A stretch of DNA of 64,000 bases from NCBI GenBank assembly GCA_039545335.1, contig BCIN01000001.1, positions 3,847,136-3,911,135 on the forward strand. The letters run 5' to 3'. Numbering within the stretch: the first letter of the stretch is position 1; every line of letters starts with the position of its first letter. This DNA comes from Kondoa subrosea (taxonomy: Eukaryota). The translations under genes were made by a program, and so were the position numbers. Below are positions 39,538 to 52,314 of this stretch, one piece after another. The notes under the pieces were generated by a model, which worked only from the letters and a program-made list of their open reading frames with translations, was not told where the DNA came from and made no database searches.

Positions 39538-40530
39538 TTAATCGAGATCCAGAGTTTCGCCGCTGTCAAGAGTCCTGCATTGGATATCGCCAATCTCACT
39601 TTCGACTTCCTGGAATTCTCTGACTTTCCTCTGTAGCACTCTTCTTACAAACTGTCAATGAGTACAAATGTTAAATGATGAAACACGGGTTGTAAGCATA
39701 AAGTGAAAAACTTACACCTTCTGCTTTTTTATCTTCATCATGCGTTGCGATCCACCATTTCACTCCAACTTTTTTGGCTACAGCTAAACCATTCTCCACA
39801 CCCAAATTAACTCTTCCTCCCAAAAACCAGGGATTCGTCACTTCATGAGTTCCATGTATGAGAGCAAAAGGTTTTATAGATGGGAGTAAAGAGGAAAGGT
39901 TATCGATCGATTCAGAGTATGAATGTATGCCGTGAGGTGTATAGATGATAGATCGATAGCCTTCGTTATGGGGTAATACTACCACAAGAGCTGAATGAAG
40001 ATGACCTGCGTCGATTCTTGCTGAGGAAGAAATTCGAAAAACATAGTGACCGCCAGGTAAAGCAGCAGCTTTTGATTGCCATTCAGTCTGTCGAGTATCT
40101 AGTACGGGTATTGTTGCGATGTTAGTGAAGTGTTTCCATGATCGGATTTTTGCATCTGCTGGCTATGGACATTTAACAGCGTCCCAGCACTATCAAAGAC
40201 ATACTCACAGAAGTAGCGAGGATAGGAGTATCACAGGGCAGGTCCAGCAATGTTTCTTGATGACAGTGATCGGTGAACTCGAATGAAACGATTACCGCAT
40301 CCACCCTTTGCAGTGATTTCAGTGAGGAGATCGCAGGTGGAATGATATGTTCTTGTCGAGAGAAGTACTGCGAGTAATCTATCAAACATCATGAGCCTTA
40401 CTTCATCTTGTGTACATATGACGAAACCTGTTTGAGATCCTCTAAGCCAAGGATCAATCACAATATGCGTGTCATTTGACTCTAATAGCCACGAAGTGTC
40501 GGCATTGAGATGAGTTAGGCGCATCGACAT
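39538..40530 (-). CDS. Metallo-beta-lactamase-fold protein, uncharacterised fungal type
   Basis: LTHLNADTSWLL, IVIDPWLRG, FEFTDHCH, IIYTPHG, LIHG and WIATHDEDK. Confidence 0.75.
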
Positions 40531-41295
40531 CTAAAGCTGAAGCCGCTGTTGTTCTCTGCAACCGTTCTGTGCTTGTTCTGGCCACGAGAAAGACTTGAGA
40601 AAAGGTTGCGACAGGTTTCAAGCAGGACCCAGTAACCGGAAGTTCGCGTGTAGAACAAGAGATCGAAACAAAGCGAGATTGGGTTCAAATGGGAAAAGCG
40701 ACAAAGCAGGGATGCGTGTGGCAGGCAGTCTGCTTGACTTTGGTTCAAGCTTGCAGCATCAAGACGGACCGCTGTAGAGACCAATTGGTAGCTGCGAGAA
40801 GACAGACCTTCAGAGAAAAACAACTTCAAGATCCGAAATCTGTGCTTGTATTATTATCTTCACTTGGCTCTAGGATTGCTTGCTTGCGTCACCGTGGCCT
40901 TTTTGCTGTTTCCTCATCTCGTTGTTTCGGCATTCCTGCTGATCGAGTCTTGGACATTGTGCGAGGCTGTAATCTAACCTTTTCCTGTCTGATCGTCACC
41001 GAGTTGTTGGATTAGCTCTGGACGATGCCTTTGTCTGCTCAACTTCCTCACATCTTTGCATCTTGATTTGAGCTGTCTATATCACTTGCCGATACAACCG
41101 ATAAACGAGGGATCTTCTTCCAGGCAATGCCTAACAGCAAAACCAAGACCTTGCCATGCCACAAAGATGGAGATCTACTATGCACAAGTGCGTATGAAAT
41201 GGTGCACTGTGCGCGTTGTATGTCGTGTACGCGCGCGAGTCGGAGGTTCCTCATGTTTTGGCAACAGGAAGTCATATTCCTCAACTTCCTGCGAG

Positions 41296-41302
41296 TATAA
41301 AA
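41296..41302 (+). promoter_or_regulatory. TATA box (TATAAAA) upstream of the small spliced gene at 41469
   Basis: Exact TATAAAA, followed by a pyrimidine-rich leader and a likely 5'UTR intron at about 41400-41460. Confidence 0.55.
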
Positions 41303-41468
41303 GGCGCGTGAATGCTGGTTTTCTCTCTTGTCCTGCACCAATACTCTCACTTTCGCTTTCAAGACCAAAGACTTTCACTTCATTTCACTCAAACCTAAAG
41401 TCAGTCAGTCTCCACCCTTCCCTTTGACATTTCTGACGCGTCTCTCAATCTCTGGAACAGAACCACAA

Positions 41469-41788
41469 ATGGCCAAGTCAAGCAGCTCTTCCTCCTCTTC
41501 TAAAGAATCAGCCTACTCTGTCGGAGACTCGTTCGTATTCCCACTTTCTTGTACTTTGACGCGTCTGATACTCGTGCTGCGGTAGTGTCACTTACAAGCA
41601 TGGAAACGGCGAGGCCACAGCAGAGATCGAGGAGATCACCAAAGGTGAAGATGGCGAAACTCGCTTCCATCTCAAAGTGAGTACTAGGTTTCCATCTTAT
41701 GAGTTCACGATTCCAAAGCTAATGCCTTCGACTGTAGACCAAGAAGAACAAGACAATCGTTCGTAAGCAGCTGATTGGTCCAGCTTAA
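41469..41788 (+). CDS. Three-exon ~68-aa microprotein, Tudor/SH3-like (resembles Hva1/DUF2945 type)
   Basis: Spliced product: [67 protein letters not shown]. Both introns are GT-AG, have branch sites and keep frame. Confidence 0.7.
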
Positions 41789-41961
41789 AGCAAGAGACGA
41801 GCAAGGGATCTGTATCAGTAGGAAGCATTCGAGCATCTTTCATTTCAGTTTGCAATGCATTCAGAGTTTCATTCATTCATCATCCCAGCCTTGCGTCTCC
41901 ACCTCTTCAGTGCCATTGCATTGTGACTTATTGTTCGAGTCGAGGTCATTCCTTAACAACG

Positions 41962-44234
41962 ATGTCCTTTCCTGGAGCCAATTATAGACAAAATCATCAG
42001 AACGACTACAAGTACGTGCTACCACAGGGAGCTCGACCTTCAGCTGATATGGTTTGACGCGGCAGCTCTGGATTCCCTCAGCCTCAAGGTTACAATCCTG
42101 GCTATGGCGGACCTCCTCAGCAACAGCAATGGAATCAAGGTCCTCCTCTTCCTCAGAATGGATGGGGTCCACCTTCAGGCCCTCCTCCCATGCAGAACCA
42201 GCAATGGAACAGTCAACCCATAAACTATCAGCAGAATACGTTTGTCATCGCTTTCATTCGATTGTTAAGCTTCAAAAAGGGCTGATGTCTAGTACTTAGG
42301 CAAGGCTTCGCTCCTCCCCAGTTTTCTCCTCCTCAAGCTCGTAAGCCAATCTCGAGAATTCCAGAAGACATCAGCTGATCTTCTTCACAAAACAGCTCCT
42401 ATGCATTATGGTCCACCTCCCGGAGGACCTCCTGGTGGTCACGGAGGGCAGCAAAACCAATATGCTCCTCCTCAATATCAGAACATGCCTGTTCATTATC
42501 AACCTCAACCACAAACTGTTCAAGGTCAACAACCTTTCTACAAAGTTTCAGATTGCACGGGTAAAAGGAAAGCCTTGTGTATTGGTATCAACTATGGAGG
42601 AAGCAGCTCTGAATTGAAAGGATGTCATAACGATGCTAGAAACATGCAAAGGTTCTTGATCAGTCAGTCCATCTTTCATGAAATAAGTAAGTGAGAAAGC
42701 AGAGCTGACAATGAACATAGACAACTATAGGTACAGAGAAGAAGATATTGTCATGCTGCTCGATTCACCTTCAAGCGGACCAAGGCAAATCCCTACTCGA
42801 GGAAACATTACTGCTGCCATGCAATGGCTTGTCCGAGGTGCTCAGCCAAAGTATGAAATGACCTTACGCTCGCTGTATCTTGCTGATCAACGCAATAGCG
42901 ACTCACTGTTCCTTCATTATTCTGGTCATGGTGGTAGTGTGGAAGACAGAGATGGCGATGAAGATGATGGATGTGAGCTCTCTATCTCGCTCATGAAGCA
43001 TAAGCAATGTTGATCCGCTATATGATGCAGCTGATGAATGCATCGTAAGGCTTTTCCTCCTCTGCAGCCTTTTATACATCTGAGTTCTGGTCTAGTATCC
43101 GGTCGACTTCAAGCAAGCGGGCGAGATGATTGACGACGAGATTCATGAATTGCTTGTCCGACCTCTACCGCCGGTCAGTGCAATGTGGCTTGCTTGAGAT
43201 TGTGACTCATTTCGTCATGTTGTCGTTCGACAGGGCTGCCGACTTACTGCTATCTTCGACTCTTGTCACTCGGCAACGGTAATGGATTTACCCTATGTAG
43301 TAAGCCTACATGACTTCTATCTTCTATCTTGAATATGCTCTCAATTTTTTGCATCAGTACTCGACCGAAGGCAAAATCAAAGAACCGAAGTCCGTCTACC
43401 CTTTCACTTTGCTGGCTGCCAGACTGTAGAATTGACCTCCACCGTACAGTCTTCTGGCCGAAGCTGGACAAGGTGCCATGTCAGCTGCTACATCTTATCT
43501 GAGAGGAGATGTTCGTCTTTCATCTTCGCGCTCTATTTGAGCTAAGGAAGAATCCGATGCTTCGAACAGATCGGTGGTGTTTTCAAGAGTCTTTCTGGAT
43601 TAGCCAAAACGGCGATGAACAATGTACGTGTCCGCCTCGGTTTGACATGTATTTGTCTTTTGCGTTGCTGATAATTGTACAGAAAAAGGGCACGGAAATG
43701 ACTAAAGCTACCAAGACGAGTCCCGCCGATGTTGTTATGTGGTCTGGGTAAGCCTTACCAATACAAGCAATCTCTGGTAGGCTAACATTGTCTAATAGAT
43801 GCAAGGACAACCAGGTATTCTTTATATTAGTCTAGCCTTGCGCACTCTGTACTAATTGATCACAGACATCTGCCGATGCTTCGGAAGCTGGTAAAGCTAC
43901 TGGAGCCATGTCCTTTGCTTGTGAGTCAACGTTAAACAGTTATTTACCCGAAAGCTGATGACAAAAGATAAGTCATCACGGCTCTCACCCAATACCCTCA
44001 ACAAAGCTATGTCCAACTGCTCAACTCAGTTCGAGATATTTTGCAAGGAGTGAGCTGAATCGAAACACTCTTATATCAGATCAAATCTGATTGTTCTGGA
44101 TTCCACTTCACAGAAATATTCGCAGAAGCCTCAATTGTCTTCGTCTCATCCTATGGACACGCAAGCTTTGTTCGTTATGGTATGTTCTCTGCCTCACGCG
44201 GCTTTGCTTGAGTTGATCTGTAAACTGCTAGTGA
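41962..44234 (+). CDS. MCA1: Type I metacaspase with P/Q/G-rich prodomain
   Basis: [25 protein letters not shown] (catalytic His), FDSCHS (catalytic Cys) and [10 protein letters not shown]; the stop codon probably sits alone in the last exon. Confidence 0.95.
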
Positions 44235-44510
44235 TTTCTTGGCCAATGTATTGCAAAGAATGATTCTTGTACCCTTTGAGGACTATCTAGACGTGTAGCT
44301 GTTCAATGTATCGCTGTTCTGGAGACACGAAGAGGCCTGAGACCGCTTCCGACGCGTCTTCCAAGCTTGAACAAACAAAGTCTACTGTAAACGAGCATCA
44401 ACGTCTGTTTGGGAGCGATGCTGCTGTGAAACAACGCCCTACGATACCACCAATCCGTTGCCTGAAATTGTGGAATATATCCTGTCTTTACTGAAAGAAA
44501 GAAACCGAAA

Positions 44511-46576
44511 ATGCCTTTATCTCGAAATCTTTTGCTTGTCGTGTCTGGCTTGACTGCTGTGATTCTATTCGCTGCTCAATTCGGAGGCAAAGTCACACAA
44601 ACGTTACCTACCAGCAATGCATTAGCTGCTGGCGTGCAGAAACACTTGAATGCTGTTTCTCATAGATTTGGACATGTAAGCAAAACTCACAGCTATACCT
44701 TCGTGTCATACTTGATCTGATACAATGCGCGTGATAATCAGTACAACACTGCTCCTGGATTCGAAGGAGCTGTATCATCGTGTAGAATTACAGACTTATA
44801 CGATGATCCTTTGGTCAAAGAATATGGGATGAGCAATATCAAGCTGTCCAGGAGTTATGAAGGAAGCGGAGCTAGGGTAAAGAGGATATTGCAGAAAGCT
44901 ATGAGAGGAGACCGGATACGGATAGGCGTTGTAGGAGGATCAGGTTAGCACTGAAGTTCAGTTTGACCCTAGTCCGTCTAACTGACTATTGATCATAGTG
45001 TCTGCTGGTCATGCAATAACTTTACCTCTGACATCAGAGAATTATATGGTGCGTCGCCCGGTCAGAAACACAGAAGGCGGTCAACATATCTCACACTCTT
45101 GCCCAAATCTCTAGTACATGCATATACAAAAATGGTTTCAAGATACTTTCCCTGAAGCAGAACATGAGCTTGATTTATCTGCAGCACGCCCAGCAACAAC
45201 TAATGTGAATAGAAAACATTTATCACCTGTCTTTTAGGCTGATCCATGCGTTTGTCTGTTGCGAACAGCTATATTTCTCCTACTGCCTACTAGAACATAT
45301 GCCTCAAGATCTAGATCTCGTTTTCGTAGAGATGGGTCAGTCCTGTTGAGCCGCGCATGTATTCGCTCGTACTCAGGTGGTTGTGAAACTATAAAATAGA
45401 CATCAACAGCAATCCCCGATCAGATGAATCGATAGAGGCCACCGAAGCAGTCTTTAGAACCATCCTCTCCTTACCATCTCAACCCGCACTCATCTACCTA
45501 TCAGTCATGGCTCTAAGTTTTGACGACATGATTCATGGCTGGATGCCGTCAGTCATGTTAGCGCAATGGCATGATATTCCTGTCAGTGCTACTTCATTTT
45601 GCTAAATGCATCAAGACGCTGAGTCGCACTGCTTCAGATGATCAACATACGGAATTTCATGCTTCCGCATTATTTCGCTCATCCAGACGATAATGAATCA
45701 CTCTTTATCAATTGGGCAAACGAGATTGACTTTAGACATATGAATGCCAAAGCACATATCGCTTTGGGAGACATGACGTGAGTTCTTTTGGCATCTGTTC
45801 CTTCTTCTTCGAGTACCACACTTCTAATCCATACCATCATAGTATCGGCTATCTACGAGAACAACTCTGTCTCTTACAAAGAGATTCACCTCCCGAACCG
45901 AAACACAATCCTTTTTGGCCTGGAGAAGATATTACAACTACTATACCTCGTTTACCTATTTTAGCACCTTGGTCAGCTACTGCTAGTTTACCACCATTCC
46001 ATCCAAGATGTCGAAGTATCAATTCTGTCGAGGATCCACTTGTACCTACAATCAATCGAGGGTGGAAGAATGTGACCCATAACGATAAGATGGTATGCTA
46101 TCCATCTATCATTACCTTTTTTACTCTGTTTAAACAAGCTTGGGATAGGGTTGGGAAGCTCAAGAACTTGGATCTGAAATTACTTTCGAGTTCGAAACAG
46201 CAGCAGGTTTAGTAGGGTATTGGTATTGGCATACTAAAGATCCAAAATTCGCTTCTGCCGATTGCTGGATAGATGGAGATGAATCACCGCTGAGGACAAG
46301 ACATATAGATGCTCATGATCGTGCGTTCACTTGTTGCAATGTTCAAGAGTGGAAGAAACTGAGAATCGGATTGGTATACAGCTAATTGGACAGCAGCGGT
46401 TTATGATTGGACAAGGAATATTTGGGATGATGTCACTCCCGGGAAACATACTATGACATGCAGGACGGTGAGGGGAACAGCAGGAGGGACCATCTTCAGG
46501 ATACAGGTGCGGTTTCTTCATTCATCTCAAGGTCTGGCTCAAACGATCGCTATTTCAGGCCACCATTACGCGATGA
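44511..46576 (+). CDS. Cap64/Cas3-like SGNH-family protein with N-terminal signal anchor
   Basis: SRSYEGSGARVKRILQKAMRGDRIRIGVVGGSVSAGH, YFSYC..H.P.DLDLVFVEMDIN and DFRHMN..AH, read from short exons mostly absent from the ORF track. Confidence 0.75.
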
Positions 46577-47059
46577 TGAGTCGCAGGTCATAGATGTAAT
46601 TTGGCTTGTAGCATTAGCATTAGATTCATTGGCATTATCATTTCAGTTCAAACATTGTTGAACAAATCCACTCATTTCGCTATGAACAATTCTCATCACC
46701 TTTCTTGATTTTATGTTACAGCATGCTTGCCACTTTTCGTGAGGACGACGTCCGCGTGATGGAAGCAGCAAAGCCAGTCTTCGGGAAATTGAAAACCCGC
46801 TGTGACCCTCGCGACCCATTTGAGGCGAATAGAAGGGGACTATCTGAGAGCGAGCGCTTGGAATGTGGCTCGACAGTCTCGAAGAAATAAATCAAGACTT
46901 ATAGAGGTGGAAAAGAGGCAAACGGAAGCGATTAACCGGCAAACATGATGGGAACGACTTTATGCAGGAAAGACGACTGTGCAAATGCTACTATCGTGAA
47001 TGCTGATCAGCTTTCATCCATACTTCTGGAAAAGAACTGCTTACATGTTACAAAAGACT

Positions 47060-48477
47060 TTACGATGGCGGTGTTTCAACCTTTTCCGCATCTCCCTTCC
47101 CAGCTCTTGACCTCAACGACGTATCTTCAGGTGTTTGTGACCTCATAGCACCGTACGAATTCCTCCTACTGTCCCGACCACCATCCGTTGTTCCATCGGA
47201 CGAACTCAAATGATAAGAAGAGGCAGGTCCTTCCGTTGGTTTCCCATCGTTCTCCAAAGGTAATGGCAGAGGTATTATATCAGCAACAATCGATTGTTTG
47301 AGGTCTGATCGTCTTGCTTTAGCTGAAGCGAGATCTAGAGCTGTTTGAGTTGTTTCCCCTTCTTCGGATGGATTCACTCGGGTTGTGTCGCTGTCTTCAT
47401 CTTCCGAATCCAGTTGAGAGTCCAACGATCGCCGACGAGCAGATTCTTCATCTTCGGGTAATAGAGTGAATTCAGTTCGACCTTTGATTATTGAATCGAT
47501 GACAATGAACTGTAGATGCAGAAAGATGCTTAGCCCTAAAAGGAACATAGCAGACCTCTGGACCTACTTGCAGTACATTCATCACCACAGGAACGATGAG
47601 AATAGTAAAGACCACTTGAGCTTCCACATTACTTCCCATCCAGCTCAACAGCATATCTCCCAATTGGAAAACATCCGGTACTAGAGCAAAGAAGAGAACC
47701 ACACAACCCTTCATTAGTAGTAAAGCTACAAGATAGACAGCTAATTGTCTGATCCAGAAAGAAACTTTAGGTGGATCGCCATAGAAGCCTGTTTGGAGGC
47801 CGGAGAAGTGACATCGAGTTATCAAGATCCAGGAGAAGAGGCGAAGGAAGAAATCTGTCCATACTGGTCAGCGAGAGACTTAAGGATAGGATTGAAAAAG
47901 GCTTACATAGTACAAGAACGCCGACTGTAGTATCGACGAGAATGTTGAGAAGGTCTATACATGACTCAGCTATGCACGCGCAGCTGTGAATAAAGATGAC
48001 ACACATAGACTGCAAGGGTTTTGTTTTTCTGTACTCGTATGATTGGCGATGAGATCGCTTATCAAGACATTTGAGCCATGCAGTGTCATTTGACCACTAT
48101 ATCCGAGCCTCAGCATAAGATATAGAGGAATGTCTTGCGCGACTAAAAACTAACATGACCTGTTTTGACACATCTAGTGCCCAAATCCTCCAAGGTCTCT
48201 TTGGCCTTTCCCTCGATCGCTTGAGCATCAAACTGCCTAACACTATAAAGCCCATCAACCCTTGTATAGCTAAAGCAAGGCTACCCAGTAGCTCGCAATT
48301 GGCTGAATCTACATCTTCCTCTGGGATTTTCAAGATCTCTACGGCCGATTCCAAGGTTGAGTTGCTCGGTGTTGTGAGAGTAACGGCATCGATCGTTTCC
48401 AGCAGTTCACCAGGTAATTGACATAATGCGCTATTTAGGAGGGAAGCCAAGAGAGCGATTGTCGCTAGTTTGTGCAT
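47060..48477 (-). CDS. STIMATE/YPL162C-like vacuolar/ER membrane protein
   Basis: CELLGSLALAIQGLMG, KRSRERPKRPWRIWALDVSKQ, NILVDTTVGV, GFYGDPPKVSFW and QFIVIDSIIK. Confidence 0.85.
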
Positions 48478-49329
48478 TCTGGCACACTGTAATGAGCGCG
48501 GCCTCAGGCTGCTTCACCAGAGATAGGGGAAAATCGAATCGTAAGGGTATTATCGTTGAAAGTCGAGCCATTCAAGGCTTTTCTTGAAACTATCAACATG
48601 TGCCTTCTCTGCTTGTCTTCTGCTGTCCTCACTGTCTGAGGCTCTGTTGTGTGATGTGCTCATGTGCCCCTTCATTAGTGGATATCTGCCATGGCATCCG
48701 CATTGGTCTGGCTTTGTTCCGTTTGGCTAGAATCTGCGGTTCTCGCTCGTGCTCTTCACTTTACTCAGGATGGGTCTGCTGACGAGGGCCAGCAAGAACC
48801 CCACGATATCCCCATGGCTTGGTTCCCACCGGCTTTATCTTAGCTTGTATAGATCAACTTTCGGCCTGTTGCCTTTGATCAAGACGCTTCTTGAGCATCT
48901 ACTTACGCAAACTCTGCAACACACGCTTTCAAGAGATTCAACCCTCATACGTTGTTGCGCGCCCAAGGCATACTGCTGCATTCAAGGTCTATCATCGATG
49001 CTTTCAATCGAAAACAAATCATCTGGCTAACGACTTAGATTCTCTCCTTATCGCTATCAGCATTTCACGCAAACGTTGTGAATTCGTTAAAGCCAAAGAC
49101 ATCATCCTTAATTCACCTTTGTCTCTGAAATCTTGTCTTGCGGGAAGAGATTGTGATGAGGTAAAGTCGAGACAAAAAACGCGTCGTCTTCGTCACACAT
49201 ACGTTCTAGGCGCGATTTCGTTCTCCTTTTCGCTCTTCTTTCTTGTACAAGCACATCTCAATTTGGCACTCGATTTTCGCTTTTTGCTCTTTTACATTCA
49301 TTCATTTACATCTACATTAAAACGCGAAG

Positions 49330-50394
49330 ATGTTCATCAAGCAAACTCTAGCTCTTTTCCTTATCGCTGCTATGGGATTCGTTTCAAGTGCTGCACTTCC
49401 TTTGGCGCGTAGAAACGCAATCGCATCACCTACCGTAGAATCACTCAAGCGCAACCAATTTTCATACAAGAAACGCGTCAATCTGACGAAAAGAAGTCGT
49501 ACCGGAGCACCATTGGTCCGAAGGTCTGGCACTTCGTGTTCTGTTCTCGGTTCTACATACGGTTAGTTTGAACAAATTTTTCTTTGCATGCTATGTGTGA
49601 TAAACGTTTCGATTCCTTTTCCATCCTCCAGGTGGAATTATGGCGATTTGTAAGTTGGAAAAGACTTCATCTGATCTACTTAACACCTGACTATGCTATT
49701 CCTATAGTAACTTTGGTATATTGATAGTTGATACTCGCCGACTGCGATACTTACACATTTGAACAGGCAGTTGTAAGGAAACGGTCTTAGGGGGAAATCA
49801 CTTCCGATACTGGATCCAAAGTGGTCCAGAAGCATCGAGCGGTGCACTCTTCTTAGCGTGAGTCCAAAAGAAACCCTCGCCTATCACTGATCTCACTCAT
49901 CAATCTTCCTTCATCACAGCGCATCACACGAAGATGACCTGGATGCTGGTCATCAAATTTCCTTTCCGCATGGATATGACGATGGACGAGATCAATTGAT
50001 AGGCAACGCAACGAAAACTGAAGGGACTTCTGCGTTTGGCTATCGTTTCACTGCTACTGCATCAATGGTGAACGGGTTGTTACCGAGTGAGCAATCTGCT
50101 CGTAGCTTTTTGTTTCTGTTGCTTACAGATGTATGTACAGCTGGATCCAAAGGCATCAATCATGGATTAGCAATAGACGGCAAAGTTGCTATTCTTAACG
50201 TTCAGATCACAGGTTCAAATCAACCCGTACAACAATCATCAGCGAATTTTTCCAGGTAAGTTTGATTTCGTGTTAGTTGTCTCTCAGCTCAGCACTACTG
50301 GTTCACTTACAGAACAATACCGATTTTCCTATCCATTCTCGCAATAAGTTCAGCAGCGACTCTTTTAGGCTCAACAGCGTATTTATTCGTATAG
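49330..50394 (+). CDS. Secreted, possibly GPI-anchored conserved fungal protein; 5' structure uncertain, possibly chimeric
   Basis: Signal peptide exon; downstream exons give WNYGDFNFGSCKETVLGGNHFRYWIQSG...GYDDGRDQL...GINHGLAIDG; hydrophobic C-terminus. The exon1-exon2 phase is inconsistent at the best donor. Confidence 0.55.
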
Positions 50395-50989
50395 ATAGAG
50401 GGAAGGGCCAACGACACTTTTGTTAGACACCATGGACAATCAGTTCTCTTTTACCCAAGCACTTCAAAAGCATATCTGGTACTTTGTTATAGATTGTAAC
50501 ATAGTGTATATGCATATTTTCAGATCTTTCACCAACCTCGATCGTTATACTGCTTGAGCGCACAATTCAAAGACTAGATCATGTGAGAGTCGAGAATGAA
50601 TCGCTTCCGAACGAGAGGGCAAAGTTCTAAGCCAACGAAAACATGAAAACAGCATACGAGTTCAAAGCAGAAGGCGCATAGTAGAAGGGAAGAGATCAAA
50701 GAACACAACCGAGAGCAGAGTCGAGTAGAAGAGGTGCTGACGTTAAATACTGCATTTGCTCTATCATTCCCTCGCAGAACATACTCATCAACCCTCTTCC
50801 CAATTCAAATCAATCAGAGAACGAAACCCGGCTTCCTAACATCCCATCCTTTTCTCCAAACCAAATAAAGGTTTGTATCTGAAGATTGAATGTAGGTGTG
50901 CGTGCGAGGCGTGATCGGCAGATTTCGTCCCAGCGAATCTAATAGGTTGAGTATTTGAAAAAGTAGATTGCGAAAGATGAAGTGCAGAT

Positions 50990-52170
50990 TTAGAACACTG
51001 TTCGCAAAAGTACATTAGCATTCAATAGAAGAGAAGACTGAGAAGAGAACGAACATCGTCTTGGTGCACCCATGGTCTGCAAAACGAAAGTCAGATTGAT
51101 ACGATGCGTAGAGTAGATATTAACTTACGCTCTTCAAGTGAAGAGACCCGACGTTTTGCCAGTGCTTCTTGAGAAGAGAGACCAAGAAGTTGATGGACAT
51201 CATGGTGTTGGCCAAGAGCTGATCGGAAGTCATAGAGATGTGACCGACCTGAAGATGCATCAGTTTTTAATATAAACAGCAATTCTGCGAAAACTGACAG
51301 CAACACCCATGCACAACACTTTCTTGAGCTGGAACTGGAGGAGGAGGAAGAGTTAGGAGATAGCTCTTTAGTTTTTAGGAGACTTTTGACATACCTTGAT
51401 GGTGCTCTTGACATCGGTGACCTTGTTGGCAAGATCTTCGGCGTGAGAGATAGGAGTAGGGAACTTTCCTGCCTTAGAAAGACCAGGACCCAATAGACGT
51501 GGGATCTGCTTGATCAAAGCATCTGAAGCCAAGAAAGCATCGTATTTCTGTAATGTCGACCAACCCTCAGCATCACTCCAGTGAATATATTGACCTCCAA
51601 CATACCTTAGCAAGCTTCTTGACGAGCTTTTTGTTCTTGTTGAGCTTCTTCAAATCTTCAACACTCATGTATTCTGTCATTGGCGACAGTTTTGCATGAG
51701 CCGACATTCATCAACACCCGCATTCGACTGACCGAGCTCGATAAGCTTAGCACGATCGATATCGGCAGCATCAGCCAGAATGCAGATGGACATTCTTGGA
51801 CGAGGAACATGAGGAAGCTTGATAGTTCCAGAGAAACGCTTGTCTCTTTGAGGATCTGTGCGTGTTCAGAGCCGAAATATCAGCGACTGATACTGATACA
51901 TGAGCTCAAGGCTTGAAGGACGCACCGTAATTCTTCAAACCGATTTGAAGCTCAACAGTTTCAATGAAGTTTCTCTTCTTGTTCTTTGAACCTTCCAAGA
52001 GTTCATTGATTTCTCCTCGCACGCTTGCCGCTGAAAGTTTGCTGTAATCATAGGAAACAATCCAAAGTCAGAACTTTTTCCCGTTTTCATGCTTTATATT
52101 GGATGGCTGAGGCATGCCAGTAATAGCAGAAGGGTATAGGCCGCTCTATATGGATGGATAATCACCTCAT
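50990..52170 (-). CDS. RPL1: 60S ribosomal protein L1 (uL1/L10a)
   Basis: [65 protein letters not shown] and KSTMGAPRRLF*. Confidence 0.97.
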
Positions 52171-52314
52171 TTTGTAGTCTTGAAGTTGGCTTTCACGAGA
52201 AAAGAAGCGCAAAGTCGAATTTTCAAGCGAGCCTGAGACTCAATTTTCGCCGAAGTGAAGGTCAAAAAGCTATTTTACATTCTCGCCTACCAGAACTCTA
52301 CTACATGCACAGTA

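Noticed and set aside
40595..41430. Several 100-120 aa ORFs between the MBL gene and the microprotein
   Set aside because: No recognisable motifs or consistent splice chain; probably a divergent promoter region.
48600..49320. ORFs of 93-173 aa upstream of the secreted gene
   Set aside because: They start at non-ATG codons and have non-protein-like composition; likely promoter or 5'UTR.
50998..51054. Last RPL1 intron is 57 nt and stop-free, so retention would insert 19 aa
   Set aside because: Stop-free 3n introns are frequent throughout this window, and nothing suggests regulation here.
52045..52165. Longer first RPL1 intron as a possible snoRNA host
   Set aside because: No convincing C/D box pair with terminal stem; ribosomal protein introns are often longer.
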